A stretch of 64,000 nucleotides of DNA from Pedobacter sp. (GTDB lineage Bacteria > Desulfobacterota > Desulfuromonadia > Desulfuromonadales > Syntrophotaleaceae). The position numbers and the translations under genes were made by a program. Positions 51,882-61,586 of this stretch are shown in pieces. Numbering within the stretch: the stretch's first letter is position 1; every line of letters starts with the position of its first letter. Below the pieces are notes generated by a model. That model made no database searches. It saw nothing but the letters and a program-made list of their open reading frames with translations, and was not told where the DNA came from. Location of the stretch: positions 384,001 to 448,000 of the forward strand of contig JBFWJC010000001.1 of NCBI GenBank assembly GCA_050253415.1, read 5' to 3'.

Positions 51882-54737
51882 ATGATCAAGAAGACTCTAA
51901 ATGTCAACGGTATCGACCGTGTCCTGATCATCGATCAGGAGTCACTGCTTAGCGATGTTTTGCGCAAGCAGTTACAGCTGACAGGTACCAAGGTAGGTTG
52001 CGGTACCGGTCAATGCGGTGCTTGCAGTGTCATCGTGGATGGCAAACTGGTGCGCTCTTGCGTAACCAAGATGAAACGGATTCCGGACCTGGCCAAAATC
52101 ACTACCATCGAAGGGATCGGTTCGCCTCTCAATTTGCATCCCATTCAGAAGGCTTTTGTCAAAAACGGAGCGATCCAATGCGGGTTCTGTACTCCCGGCT
52201 TTGTTGTGTCGACCAAGCTGCTGCTTGATGAGAACCCCGATCCGACCCGTGAGGAAGTGCGTGATTGGTTTCAGAAGCATCGCAATGCCTGCCGCTGCAC
52301 CGGCTATGTCATGATCGTCGACTCGGTCATGGACGCCGCCAAGGTGCTGCGCGGTGAAATGGCGGAATCCGCCCTTGACTTTAAATTGCCGTCTGATGGC
52401 AAAGTCTACGGTACTTGTATGCCGCGTCCGACTTCGGTACCCAAGGTTTGCGGTCTGTGGGACTTCGGCGAAGACATGCGCCAGCAACTTCCGGACAATA
52501 CCTTGGAATGCGCCCTCGTGCAGGCGGAAGTAGCCCATGCCAATATCAGGGGCATCGATACCTCCGAAGCGGAAAAGATGCCCGGCGTTGTGAAAGTGGT
52601 AACGCACAAGGACATCAAAGGTAAAAACCGCATTACCGGTCTGATCACCTTCCCCACCAACAAGGGGGACGGCTGGGATCGCCCCATTCTTAACGATGAA
52701 AAGATCTTCCAGTTCGGCGACGTTCTGGCCATCGTTTGCGCCGATACCCGCGAACACGCCAAGGCGGCAGCCAAGAAGGTGGTACTCGATCTCGAGGTCC
52801 TGCCGGCTTACATGAACGCTCTCGCAGCCAAGGCCGAGGATGCCATCGAGATTCATCCCGGCACTCCGAATGTCTACTACGATTGCATTGTCAAGAAAGG
52901 CGAGGAAACCAAGCCGTATTTTGATAAAGCCGCTCACGTTATCGAAGGCAGCTACTACCTTGGCCGCCAGCCTCATATGCCCCTCGAGCCCGATGTCGGT
53001 TTTGCCTATATCGATGACGAGGATCGTGTTGTCGTGCATTCCAAGTCGATCGGCATCCATCTGCATCACGCCATGATCTGTCCGGGACTCGGCCTCGAGC
53101 CTGAAAAACTGGTCATACGGCAGAACCCTACCGGCGCTACCTTCGGTTATAAGTTCAGCCCGACCATGGAAGCTTTGGTCGCTGCCGCCACCATGGCTAC
53201 CGGCCGCCCCTGTTTCCTGGGTTACGACTGGTTTCAGCAGCAGACCTACACCGGCAAGCGTTCCCCGGCATTCTTGAATGTGCGTCTGGCCGCCGACGAG
53301 GAAGGCAATTTCCTCGCTCTGGAAACCGACTGGGATCTCGACCATGGTCCCTATTCCGAGTTTGGTGACCTGGTTACCTGCCGCCAGGCCCAGTTCACTG
53401 GGGCTGGTTACGATATCAAGCATATCCGCGGCCATGGTCGTACCGTCGCCACCAACCATGCCTGGGGCTCCGCTTTCCGCGGTTATGGCTCGCCGCAGGC
53501 GTTCTTGGCTTCGGAATCGTTGGTCGACGAACTCGCCAAGAAAATGGGTGTGGATCCCTTGGAACTTCGTTACAAGAACATTTATCGTCCCGGCGCCACC
53601 ACCCCGACCGGGCAGACACCGGAAGTTTTCTGTTTCGAAGAGATGTTCGACATTCTGCGTCCCAAATACAAGGATGCACTGGAGCGGGCAAGAACCGGTT
53701 CCACGGAAACCAAGAAGCGCGGCGTCGGCATTTCCCTCGGGATTTACGGCTGCGGCCTTGACGGCCCGGACACCTCCGGTGCCTGGGCTCAGTTGGAAGA
53801 AGATGGCAGCGTTACCATCGGTACCGCCTGGGAATGCCATGGCCAGGGCGCGGATATGGGCACGGTTGCTTTCGCGCACGAAGCCCTGCGTCCGCTTGGT
53901 CTGACCCCCGAGCAGATCCACCTGAGCATGTGCGACACATCTCTGCACCCGAATGCCGGTCCCTCCGGCGGCAGCCGCCAGAATGTCGTTTCCGGGAATG
54001 CCATCCACGCAGCCAGTGTCAATTTGCTCAATGCCATGCGCAAAAACAATGGCACCTATCGAACCTACGGAGAAATGATCGCCGAAGGGATCGATGTCAG
54101 GCATGAGGGGACCTATACCACCCCTTGCACACATATGGATCTCGATGATCAACAAGGCAATCCTTTCTGCATCTACATGTATGCCTTGTTCATGTCCGAG
54201 GTAGTCGTGGATATCACCACCGGTAAGACCGAAGTGGTTAAAATGACCTATGTTGGCGACAACGGTACCATCACCAATCGTCTGTTGGTTGACGGCCAGG
54301 TCTATGGCGGTCTGGCCCAAGGCATAGGCCTGGGTCTTAGCGAAGACTTCGAATTTATCAAAGCCCATTCGAATATGATCGGTGCCGGGTTCCCCTTCAT
54401 CAAGGACGTTCCCGATGACTTGGAGCTGATCTACGTCGAAACGCCGCGTAAAGACGGAGCTCTCGGACAAGGTGGTTGTGGCGAAGGTCCGCTGACTTCT
54501 CCGCACGTCTCCATTATTAATGCCATCGACCATGCTTGCGGGGCACGTATCCGCTCCCTTCCTGCATACCCCGAGAAGGTTCTGCAGGCATTGCAGTCCG
54601 AGAAGAAGTCTTTCGACATTGAGGATGCACTGGAAGGCGGCTGGATTTCCGACAGCGTTGATGCGGAACCGCCTACCAAGAAGAAAGCAGCCAAAAAAGC
54701 AGCCGCGACGGGTTCCCAGCCTGCAGCTGCCGAGTGA
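51882..54737 (+). CDS. mop: Molybdopterin-dependent aldehyde oxidoreductase (xanthine oxidase family, Mop-like)
   Basis: Two [2Fe-2S] sites (GCGTGQCGAC; QCGFCTPG..CRC), TFGYK, AFRGYG, GCGEG; AGGAGG RBS. Confidence 0.92.
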   Translation: MIKKTLNVNGIDRVLIIDQESLLSDVLRKQLQLTGTKVGCGTGQCGACSVIVDGKLVRSCVTKMKRIPDLAKITTIEGIGSPLNLHPIQKAFVKNGAIQCGFCTPGFVVSTKLLLDENPDPTREEVRDWFQKHRNACRCTGYVMIVDSVMDAAKVLRGEMAESALDFKLPSDGKVYGTCMPRPTSVPKVCGLWDFGEDMRQQLPDNTLECALVQAEVAHANIRGIDTSEAEKMPGVVKVVTHKDIKGKNRITGLITFPTNKGDGWDRPILNDEKIFQFGDVLAIVCADTREHAKAAAKKVVLDLEVLPAYMNALAAKAEDAIEIHPGTPNVYYDCIVKKGEETKPYFDKAAHVIEGSYYLGRQPHMPLEPDVGFAYIDDEDRVVVHSKSIGIHLHHAMICPGLGLEPEKLVIRQNPTGATFGYKFSPTMEALVAAATMATGRPCFLGYDWFQQQTYTGKRSPAFLNVRLAADEEGNFLALETDWDLDHGPYSEFGDLVTCRQAQFTGAGYDIKHIRGHGRTVATNHAWGSAFRGYGSPQAFLASESLVDELAKKMGVDPLELRYKNIYRPGATTPTGQTPEVFCFEEMFDILRPKYKDALERARTGSTETKKRGVGISLGIYGCGLDGPDTSGAWAQLEEDGSVTIGTAWECHGQGADMGTVAFAHEALRPLGLTPEQIHLSMCDTSLHPNAGPSGGSRQNVVSGNAIHAASVNLLNAMRKNNGTYRTYGEMIAEGIDVRHEGTYTTPCTHMDLDDQQGNPFCIYMYALFMSEVVVDITTGKTEVVKMTYVGDNGTITNRLLVDGQVYGGLAQGIGLGLSEDFEFIKAHSNMIGAGFPFIKDVPDDLELIYVETPRKDGALGQGGCGEGPLTSPHVSIINAIDHACGARIRSLPAYPEKVLQALQSEKKSFDIEDALEGGWISDSVDAEPPTKKKAAKKAAATGSQPAAAE

Positions 54738-54822
54738 TGTGATTAGTCTGTAATACCCCCGTCTCTGGCACCGGTTTTTTTCCGGGTGCCGGTTGCCAGA
54801 GGTGTCTTAGAGGGTGTGAGGT

Positions 54823-54864
54823 CGATGGGGAGTAGCCCAACTGTACTCCCCATCGCCTTCTTTT
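54823..54864 (+). terminator. Hairpin after mop
   Basis: CGATGGGGAGTA / TACTCCCCATCG, then CCTTCTTTT. Confidence 0.55.
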
Positions 54865-54920
54865 ATCTTAAACCAGGGGATCCTTGTTGGAGCAAGCAAT
54901 CGAAGGGGAGGAAGTACTCG

Positions 54921-57239
54921 ATGGAAAAGGAACAACGCATAGCGTGGGAGGCGCAATGTATTCAGGAAGAGCCTCCGGCGTGTTCGGCGAACTGTCCTCT
55001 CCATGTAGACGTTCGTCAGTTCATGGGGGAAATGGCCAAGGGTAACCTGGAGGAGGCCTACCGGCTTTTGACCAGGAATATGCCTTTCCCCGGAATATTG
55101 GGACGTATTTGCAACCATCCCTGTGAGACGAAATGCCGCCGGCGTGAAGTCGGCGAGGCCCTCGCCATCGGTTCTCTGGAACGGCTTTGTGTGCAACATC
55201 ACGGATCACCTGACAAGGTCAAACTCCTGCCGCGCAAAAGTAAGAATGTGGTGGTTATCGGTGGCGATGTTGCCGGTCTTGTCGCTGCTCATGATCTGCG
55301 GAAAAAAGGATTCGGTGTCACGTTGCTGGAGACCGGAACTCAACTGGGGGAAACTTTTCGTACATTCCGCGAAGATTTGCTGCCGGGTGCGGTGATCGAC
55401 GAAGAACTGGCCGTTCTGAAGGAGATGCGGGTAGAAATTCAACTAGGCGCATCCCTGGACGATGTTGAGTTCGAGCGCCTTTGCACTGAATTTGATGCCG
55501 TGTTCATTGATCGCACCTCCCCAACCTGCGCGTCCCTGAACCTAGAGAAAGATGATGCCGGCCTGATTGCCATCGATCCTGTTACCGGTGGCACCCCACG
55601 TCCGGAAGTGTTTGCCGGTGGTCAAGACGGTGATGCGCCGATCATGCTGGCCGCGGCCGGTCGCAAAGGGGCGTTGTCCATCGAGCGTTTTTTGCAGCTG
55701 GCTCATATGACCATCGGTCGGGAAAATGATGGACCCTACGAAACCAGACTTTACACCAATCTTGAAGGGATCGCTCCTCTTGACCGGGTTCGTCCCGCTA
55801 ACCCTGATGCCGGTTATTCGCTCGCCGAGGCAACACAGGAAGCGGCTCGTTGTATTCAGTGTGAGTGTATGGAGTGCGTCAAGGTCTGTCAGTACATGGC
55901 TCACTACAAGAAGTATCCGAAAAAATATATCCGCCAGTTCTTCAATAACGAAAAGGTTTTGCTCGGAGCTTCCCACAGTTCCAATCAGATGATCAACTCC
56001 TGTACAAATTGCGGGTTGTGCGCCACCGTCTGCCCCAATAACCTTTCCATGGGGGAGGTTTGTCTTGCGGGACGGCACGCCATGTTGCAGGGCAACTATA
56101 TGCCCCCCTCTGCCCACGAATTCGCCTTGCAGGATATGGCTTTCAGCACCAGTGAGGAGTTCGTACTCAGCCGTCACCAACCGGGTATGCAACAGAGCAA
56201 ATATCTCTATTTTCCAAGTTGCCAGTTGAGCGCTACCGCTCCTGCGGAGGTGGTGGAATCGTATCGTGCCCTGTGTGACAACCTCTCCGGCGGCGTCGGT
56301 ATTCTGCTCGGTTGCTGTGGGGCGCCCGCTTTCTGGTCCGGTCGCGAGACCTTGTTCCGCGAGACCCTGGACACCATTTGCCAACAATGGCAGTCCATGG
56401 GTAAACCTGAAGTAATTACCGCCTGTTGTACTTGCCAGAGCGTGTTCAAGGAGCACTTGCCCGAGATTACCGTGAAGCCTCTTTGGCAGATACTTGAGAC
56501 GGGGTCGCTGATCGACTCTGTCTGCCAGAAAGAAGCCTCCTCCGGGCGGCCCATCGCCGTGGTCGACCCCTGTGTCAGTCGCAGCGATCCGGAAACTCAG
56601 AGCGGGGTGCGCCTGATCCTCGAAAAACTTGGTTTCACCCTTGAAGAGTTGCCTCTTTCCGGCGAAATGGCAGAGTGCTGCGGTTACGGCGGGCTGGTAT
56701 TCAATGCCAACCCTAAACTTGATAACGCCATTGTGGCCCGTCGGGCCGCCGAAAGTGATAAGGACTATTTGGCGTACTGTGCCATGTGCCGAGATAAGTT
56801 CGTAAGTGCCGGAAAGCGTACCGCCCACCTTCTTGAACTGTTATTCCCATCGGTAGCCGGCAACGATCCCTGGTCGCGCGGCTGGATATCCTGGTCTGAC
56901 CGGCGTGCTAACAGGCAGCGCGTGAAGCGGGAACTGCTTGACAGCTTGGGCGAAAACAGGGAGCGTGCCATGGAGCCTTACGAAAAAATTGTTCTTTATA
57001 TCGAACCCGAACTACTTCGCATTCTTGACAATCGCCGTATTCTGGAAAGTGACCTGCGGCAGGTCGTCCTTTATGCCGAAGAGACAGGTCGACGACTGCG
57101 TCACAATCTGAGCGGCCTGTATCGCGCTAATTTTAAACTGGGCAATACCACCTTCTGGGTTGATTACGCCCCCGAAATCGAAGGTTACCGTATTCACAAT
57201 GCATACTGTCACCGTATGAACGTAACGGGGGTGAAATAA
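54921..57239 (+). CDS. GltD-like / ferredoxin dicluster / CCG-domain fusion oxidoreductase
   Basis: PACSANCP..GRICNHPCE; two CxxCxxCxxxC motifs; two CCG motifs. Confidence 0.82.
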   Translation: MEKEQRIAWEAQCIQEEPPACSANCPLHVDVRQFMGEMAKGNLEEAYRLLTRNMPFPGILGRICNHPCETKCRRREVGEALAIGSLERLCVQHHGSPDKVKLLPRKSKNVVVIGGDVAGLVAAHDLRKKGFGVTLLETGTQLGETFRTFREDLLPGAVIDEELAVLKEMRVEIQLGASLDDVEFERLCTEFDAVFIDRTSPTCASLNLEKDDAGLIAIDPVTGGTPRPEVFAGGQDGDAPIMLAAAGRKGALSIERFLQLAHMTIGRENDGPYETRLYTNLEGIAPLDRVRPANPDAGYSLAEATQEAARCIQCECMECVKVCQYMAHYKKYPKKYIRQFFNNEKVLLGASHSSNQMINSCTNCGLCATVCPNNLSMGEVCLAGRHAMLQGNYMPPSAHEFALQDMAFSTSEEFVLSRHQPGMQQSKYLYFPSCQLSATAPAEVVESYRALCDNLSGGVGILLGCCGAPAFWSGRETLFRETLDTICQQWQSMGKPEVITACCTCQSVFKEHLPEITVKPLWQILETGSLIDSVCQKEASSGRPIAVVDPCVSRSDPETQSGVRLILEKLGFTLEELPLSGEMAECCGYGGLVFNANPKLDNAIVARRAAESDKDYLAYCAMCRDKFVSAGKRTAHLLELLFPSVAGNDPWSRGWISWSDRRANRQRVKRELLDSLGENRERAMEPYEKIVLYIEPELLRILDNRRILESDLRQVVLYAEETGRRLRHNLSGLYRANFKLGNTTFWVDYAPEIEGYRIHNAYCHRMNVTGVK

Positions 57240-57446
57240 GTGAAATTTTCCGAAGAAGAAGTCCAGAACTGGAATTGCGAGGCATGTGGCGAGGCCCTGG
57301 TCATGAGGGAGATTGAATTTTCTTATATGAAGGGTTCTTTCCATGTGGAATTGCCGGCCTGTCCCAAGTGCGCCCTGGTGTTGATTACCGAAGAACTGGC
57401 CATGGGCAAGATGGCCGAGGCGGAAAAGGCCCTTGAAGACAAATAG
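57240..57446 (+). CDS. Small double-CxxC redox/zinc-ribbon protein (DVU_1557-like)
   Basis: WNCEACG..CPKC..AEKALEDK; GTG start directly after the upstream stop. Confidence 0.75.
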   Translation: MKFSEEEVQNWNCEACGEALVMREIEFSYMKGSFHVELPACPKCALVLITEELAMGKMAEAEKALEDK

Positions 57447-58167
57447 CGCCCCAGATGCTTGTCCTCTTTCCAGGTCAAACCTGTATGAATCCGTGGATCT
57501 GCATAGAGCCACAGGCAAAACAATTCGTCCCGGCGGTCTGTCGCTGCTGGAATACGTTTTGACGTTGTATCCCTTCAAGGCCGATTCCAGGATTCTGGAT
57601 GTTGGTTGCGGCATGGGGGCGACGGTTTCTTATTTGCGTGAGAGGTATGGTTTGCGTGCCGCAGGTCTTGACCTGTCACGAAAACTGTTGGCTCAATGCA
57701 TGCCATTCTTGCCGCGGCTTCGAGCGCATGCCGAAGTTCTGCCGGTGGCCAGTTGTTGTCTGGAGGGCGTGGTGTGCGAGTGTGTGTTGTCGCTGGTCAC
57801 GGATCCGCTGAGAGCCTTGTCCGAGTTTTCTCGTGTTCTGACTCCGGGAGGTTTGATTATCCTCAGCGATATATACCGCCGTGACCCGCGAAATAACACT
57901 CAGGATCTGATAACCGATTGCTGCCTGGCCGGGGCTGTGACTCGCGAGGAAGTCCTGGAATGGTTAACAAAGGCGGGATTCAGCATTATCCTATGGGAAG
58001 ATCATTCGCGATTGCTTGCGGAATTGGCAGCAAAACTCATTTTCATCTATGGCTCGATGGCGGCCTTTTGGGGGCAATTTACTCAGGGAGACGAAGGCGA
58101 GAAGATGGAAAAGGCTGTCAAAGCCATGCGTCCTGGATATTATCTGATCGTTGCCTCAAAACCTTAA
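57433..58167 (+). CDS. Class I SAM-dependent methyltransferase (DVU_1556-like)
   Basis: RPGG, ILDVGCGMG, ECVLS, RVLTPGG. Confidence 0.85.
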   Translation: MKTNSAPDACPLSRSNLYESVDLHRATGKTIRPGGLSLLEYVLTLYPFKADSRILDVGCGMGATVSYLRERYGLRAAGLDLSRKLLAQCMPFLPRLRAHAEVLPVASCCLEGVVCECVLSLVTDPLRALSEFSRVLTPGGLIILSDIYRRDPRNNTQDLITDCCLAGAVTREEVLEWLTKAGFSIILWEDHSRLLAELAAKLIFIYGSMAAFWGQFTQGDEGEKMEKAVKAMRPGYYLIVASKP

Positions 58168-58410
58168 TTTGCGCGTTGAGGCTGTAGTAAAAGGTCAGGA
58201 TATTTCAAAAGGCGATTTTCAAGGGCACTAAACCATTGGTTTTTCCAAGAAAATGGATCTTAGGCGAGATTTAAGGGGCAACTACTTTCAACCATTGGGT
58301 TGTAGGGTTTTTCCCTGGTCTCGTTAGATTGGTAAGCGGTAGTTCCATGCCTACCGTTATGTTGTTTTTTATATAACCAAATAGTCCTGTCTAACCAAGA
58401 GGGTCACACT

Positions 58411-58857
58411 ATGAGCAATGAAATGTCTCGTATGCTGGAACTTTCCACCAAAGGTTACTTTTGCAGTCAGATCCTGCTGGCACTCGGACTCGACAATCGT
58501 GGTCAGACCAATCCTGATTTGATTCGTACCATGGCTGGCCTGGCCCATGGCGCCGGATTTGGTGGGGGCACCTGCGGAGCCCTCACCGGCGGCGCTTGCC
58601 TGCTGGCCTATTATTCCGGTAAGGGCAGTGATGAAGAGAGTCAGCATGAAGGTTTCATGTCGATGCGTAGTCAACTGGCTGAATGGTTTTCAGAATCCGT
58701 CGGAGAACAATACGGTGGTATCGATTGTGAAACGATCGTCGGCGATGGTGAAGATATGCAACTGCGGTGCGGCCAGATTGTAGGCGGCGTCTATGCCAGG
58801 GTAATGGCGTTGCTGAAGGAACACGGCATTGATGCCAAGGCAAACCCACATGAGTGA
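58411..58857 (+). CDS. C-GCAxxG-C-C family putative redox protein (DVU_1555-like)
   Basis: YFCSQ, TCGALTGG, IDC, RC. Confidence 0.85.
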   Translation: MSNEMSRMLELSTKGYFCSQILLALGLDNRGQTNPDLIRTMAGLAHGAGFGGGTCGALTGGACLLAYYSGKGSDEESQHEGFMSMRSQLAEWFSESVGEQYGGIDCETIVGDGEDMQLRCGQIVGGVYARVMALLKEHGIDAKANPHE

Positions 58858-60256
58858 ACAAGAGTACACTCGCTGGATGACCGAAAGTCTTTGTCCCACC
58901 TGCCTGACCCGTGTGCCTGCCGAAAGGGTTGTCGAGGGACAAGATGTCTGGTTGGTCAAGGCCTGTCCGGAGCATGGCGAAACCCGTACCATTATGTGGC
59001 GCGGTACCCCCGATTTGCCGGGTTGGCAGCGACCGAAGATACCCTCCCGGCCGCCGGTTTGTTACACCGAACCGAACCGCGGTTGTCCCTACGATTGCGG
59101 TCTGTGTACCAATCATGGTCAGCATACCTGCTCGGCATTGTTGGAGATCACCCAACGTTGCAATATGAATTGTCCGGTATGTTTTGCCGATAGCGGTTCA
59201 GTTGCGGAGCCGGACCCCACCCTTGATGCTATTGGAAAGTGGCTCGCCTCCGTCCGTCATGCCTGCGGTGATCATATCGTCATTCAACTTTCCGGCGGGG
59301 AGCCCACCGTGCGCGAGGATCTCCCCGACATTATCCGGTTGGCGCGCAGTTACGGTTTCGGATTTGTGCAGATCAACACCAATGGGCTTCGGCTGGCAGA
59401 GGATCCCGCTTATGCATGGCAGTTGCGTGAAGCAGGATTAAGCTCGGTTTTTCTGCAATTCGATGGCACCCGCGATGCGATTTATCAAAAATTGCGTGGT
59501 CGGGATATGATGGCTGAAAAAATCCGCGCAATCGATCACTGTCTGCAAAATCACCTGGGAGTGGTGCTTGTGCCGACCCTTGTCCCCGGCATCAACCAGC
59601 AGGATATTGGGGCTATTCTGCGCTTCGGTATGGAGCGCGCGCCCGGCATTCGTGGAGTGCATTTCCAACCGATCAGTTATTTCGGCCGGTTTCCGGATAT
59701 CCCGGACAATACACAACGGCTGACCCTGCCAGAGATTATCCGGGCGATCGAACAACAGACCGATAGGCTGATGAAGGTCGAGCATTTTGCACCGCCGGGT
59801 TGTGAACACAGTCATTGCTCTTTCCACGGGAACTTCGTGTTAATGGAAAACGGAGCCGTGACCGCCATGACCAGTAAAAGTTCTTCCTGTTGCAATAAAC
59901 CGGTGGTGGCGGCCGAGGGGGCCGAGAAGTCTACGCTATTTTTAACGCGACAATGGGCTGCTCCAGAGGGGGCTCACGCGATATCGACACCGCTCCCCAC
60001 CAAAAAACCTTGTTGCGAGACATCTCAATCTCCAAGCCTGGATGAGTTTTTACAACGGATCAAGACCCACACTTTCGCGGTGTCGGGCATGGCGTTTCAG
60101 GATGTCTGGAATGTCGACCTGGAACGCACTCGGAATTGCTGTATCCATGTGGTGACCCCGGAAGGGAAGCTGGTGCCGTTCTGTTTGTACAATCTGACTT
60201 CGGCGAGTGGGCAAACCCTTCATCGTGGACATGTTCATGCAAATCTCACCCCTTGA
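58850..60256 (+). CDS. Radical SAM protein (TrsS-like, all-cysteine form)
   Basis: TESLCPTC, KACPEHG, GCPYDCGLC, CNMNCPVC (CxxxCxxC), SGGEPT, CCIHV..PFC. Confidence 0.88.
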   Translation: MSEQEYTRWMTESLCPTCLTRVPAERVVEGQDVWLVKACPEHGETRTIMWRGTPDLPGWQRPKIPSRPPVCYTEPNRGCPYDCGLCTNHGQHTCSALLEITQRCNMNCPVCFADSGSVAEPDPTLDAIGKWLASVRHACGDHIVIQLSGGEPTVREDLPDIIRLARSYGFGFVQINTNGLRLAEDPAYAWQLREAGLSSVFLQFDGTRDAIYQKLRGRDMMAEKIRAIDHCLQNHLGVVLVPTLVPGINQQDIGAILRFGMERAPGIRGVHFQPISYFGRFPDIPDNTQRLTLPEIIRAIEQQTDRLMKVEHFAPPGCEHSHCSFHGNFVLMENGAVTAMTSKSSSCCNKPVVAAEGAEKSTLFLTRQWAAPEGAHAISTPLPTKKPCCETSQSPSLDEFLQRIKTHTFAVSGMAFQDVWNVDLERTRNCCIHVVTPEGKLVPFCLYNLTSASGQTLHRGHVHANLTP

Positions 60257-61586
60257 TGCCTGGGTTGCGGATCAGATTGGGCTGGTTGAGAACCAGACGC
60301 TTTCGATTGAAAATCTGCGCGATTATCAACGAACACGTCTGAATGCGACTCTTGAACATGCCGTGTTTAACAGTCCCTTTTATCGTCAACGATTAGGGGC
60401 GTATCAACCCCTGGCGGCCCTGGATGACTTGAAGCAACTGCCGTTCACTACGTCTTTGGATCTGGTCAAACAAGGACTGCAGATGCTTGCCGTTTCCCAG
60501 GGGGAAATCGAGCGAATTGTTACCCTGCGCAGTTCCGGTACGACCGGACAGCCCAAACGCATCTATTTTACACGGTCGGATCTGGAGCGGACCCGGACAT
60601 TCTTTCGTTGCGGGATGTCTCAGATGCTGAAGGCGGGGGACCGGGTGCTGGTGCTTCTGCCAGGAGAGCTGCCGGATAGCGCTGGGCGTCTGCTGGCGGA
60701 TGCTCTTCAAGTAGCAGGCATCGAATCGGAGGTCTTCGGTCTGGTGACTGATCCGGGGCAGGTGGCCGCGCTGCTGGCAAGCCAATCATTTGACTGTGTG
60801 GTGGGGATTCCGACCCAGGTATTGGGGGTGGTGCGTCATCCCGCGGCGGCTGTGCCCTGTGGGCGCATCGGCAGTGTGTTTCTCACCTCCGATTACGTTC
60901 CCTCGGCCCTGGTCCAGGATATCCGCCGAATATGGAACTGCCCGGCCATCAATCACTACGGCATGACGGAACTGGGACTGACTGGCGGTGTGGAATGCCA
61001 GGCCCTGGCCGGCTATCACCTGCGGGAGCCAGATTTATATTTCGAGGTGATCGATCCTCTGTCCGGTGCGGTTTTACCAGAGGGAGATCTGGGTGAAGTG
61101 GTTGTGACCACCCTGTCCCGTACCGGTATGCCGTTGATTCGCTATCGAACCGGTGATCTTGCCCGGTTTCTTCCGGATCCCTGTCCATGTGGCAGCCGTT
61201 TGCCGCGACTGAGTAAGTTACAGGGCCGCCTGACCGGGAAAATCGATATAGGAGGGCCTTTGAAGCTCGGTATGCCCGAATTGGATGAGGCCTTGTTCAG
61301 TTTGCCAGGCCTGATCAATTTCAATGCCAATCTGGCGGTTATGGACTCCGGTTTAAATTGGTTCCAAGTTACTATCGAAACCCGCCCGGGAGTCGAACAG
61401 AAGACCCGGGTTAACGTTGACCGGCGTTTGCCGACCATTCCGGCGTTGCGGGCAGCGGTTGCTGCCGGTGGTCTGTCTCTGCGGCCAACCTCCCTGGCCA
61501 AACAACCCCTGGCGGTATCCGCAACCGCCAAACGACTCATCGAACAATCAAACAAGGAGTACGTTCATCTTGAAACAGTTAATTGA
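60237..61586 (+). CDS. Phenylacetate-CoA ligase-like AMP-dependent ligase (DVU_1553-like)
   Basis: SSGTTGQPK, YGMTE, PLIRYRTGD. Confidence 0.87.
   Translation: MQISPLDAWVADQIGLVENQTLSIENLRDYQRTRLNATLEHAVFNSPFYRQRLGAYQPLAALDDLKQLPFTTSLDLVKQGLQMLAVSQGEIERIVTLRSSGTTGQPKRIYFTRSDLERTRTFFRCGMSQMLKAGDRVLVLLPGELPDSAGRLLADALQVAGIESEVFGLVTDPGQVAALLASQSFDCVVGIPTQVLGVVRHPAAAVPCGRIGSVFLTSDYVPSALVQDIRRIWNCPAINHYGMTELGLTGGVECQALAGYHLREPDLYFEVIDPLSGAVLPEGDLGEVVVTTLSRTGMPLIRYRTGDLARFLPDPCPCGSRLPRLSKLQGRLTGKIDIGGPLKLGMPELDEALFSLPGLINFNANLAVMDSGLNWFQVTIETRPGVEQKTRVNVDRRLPTIPALRAAVAAGGLSLRPTSLAKQPLAVSATAKRLIEQSNKEYVHLETVN

Noticed and set aside
51972..54533. Long antisense ORFs (853 aa here; also 8053-9552, 34522-35958, 2363-3790)
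   Set aside because: Shadows of well-supported genes on the opposite strand in GC-rich DNA, with no recognisable motifs
58168..58410. AT-richer spacer inside the Mo cluster as a possible MITE remnant
   Set aside because: No convincing terminal inverted repeats or target duplication found
58850..60256. Possible selenocysteine in the radical SAM or C-GCAxxG-C-C proteins
   Set aside because: Both ORFs are continuous with Cys codons; no in-frame TGA is needed
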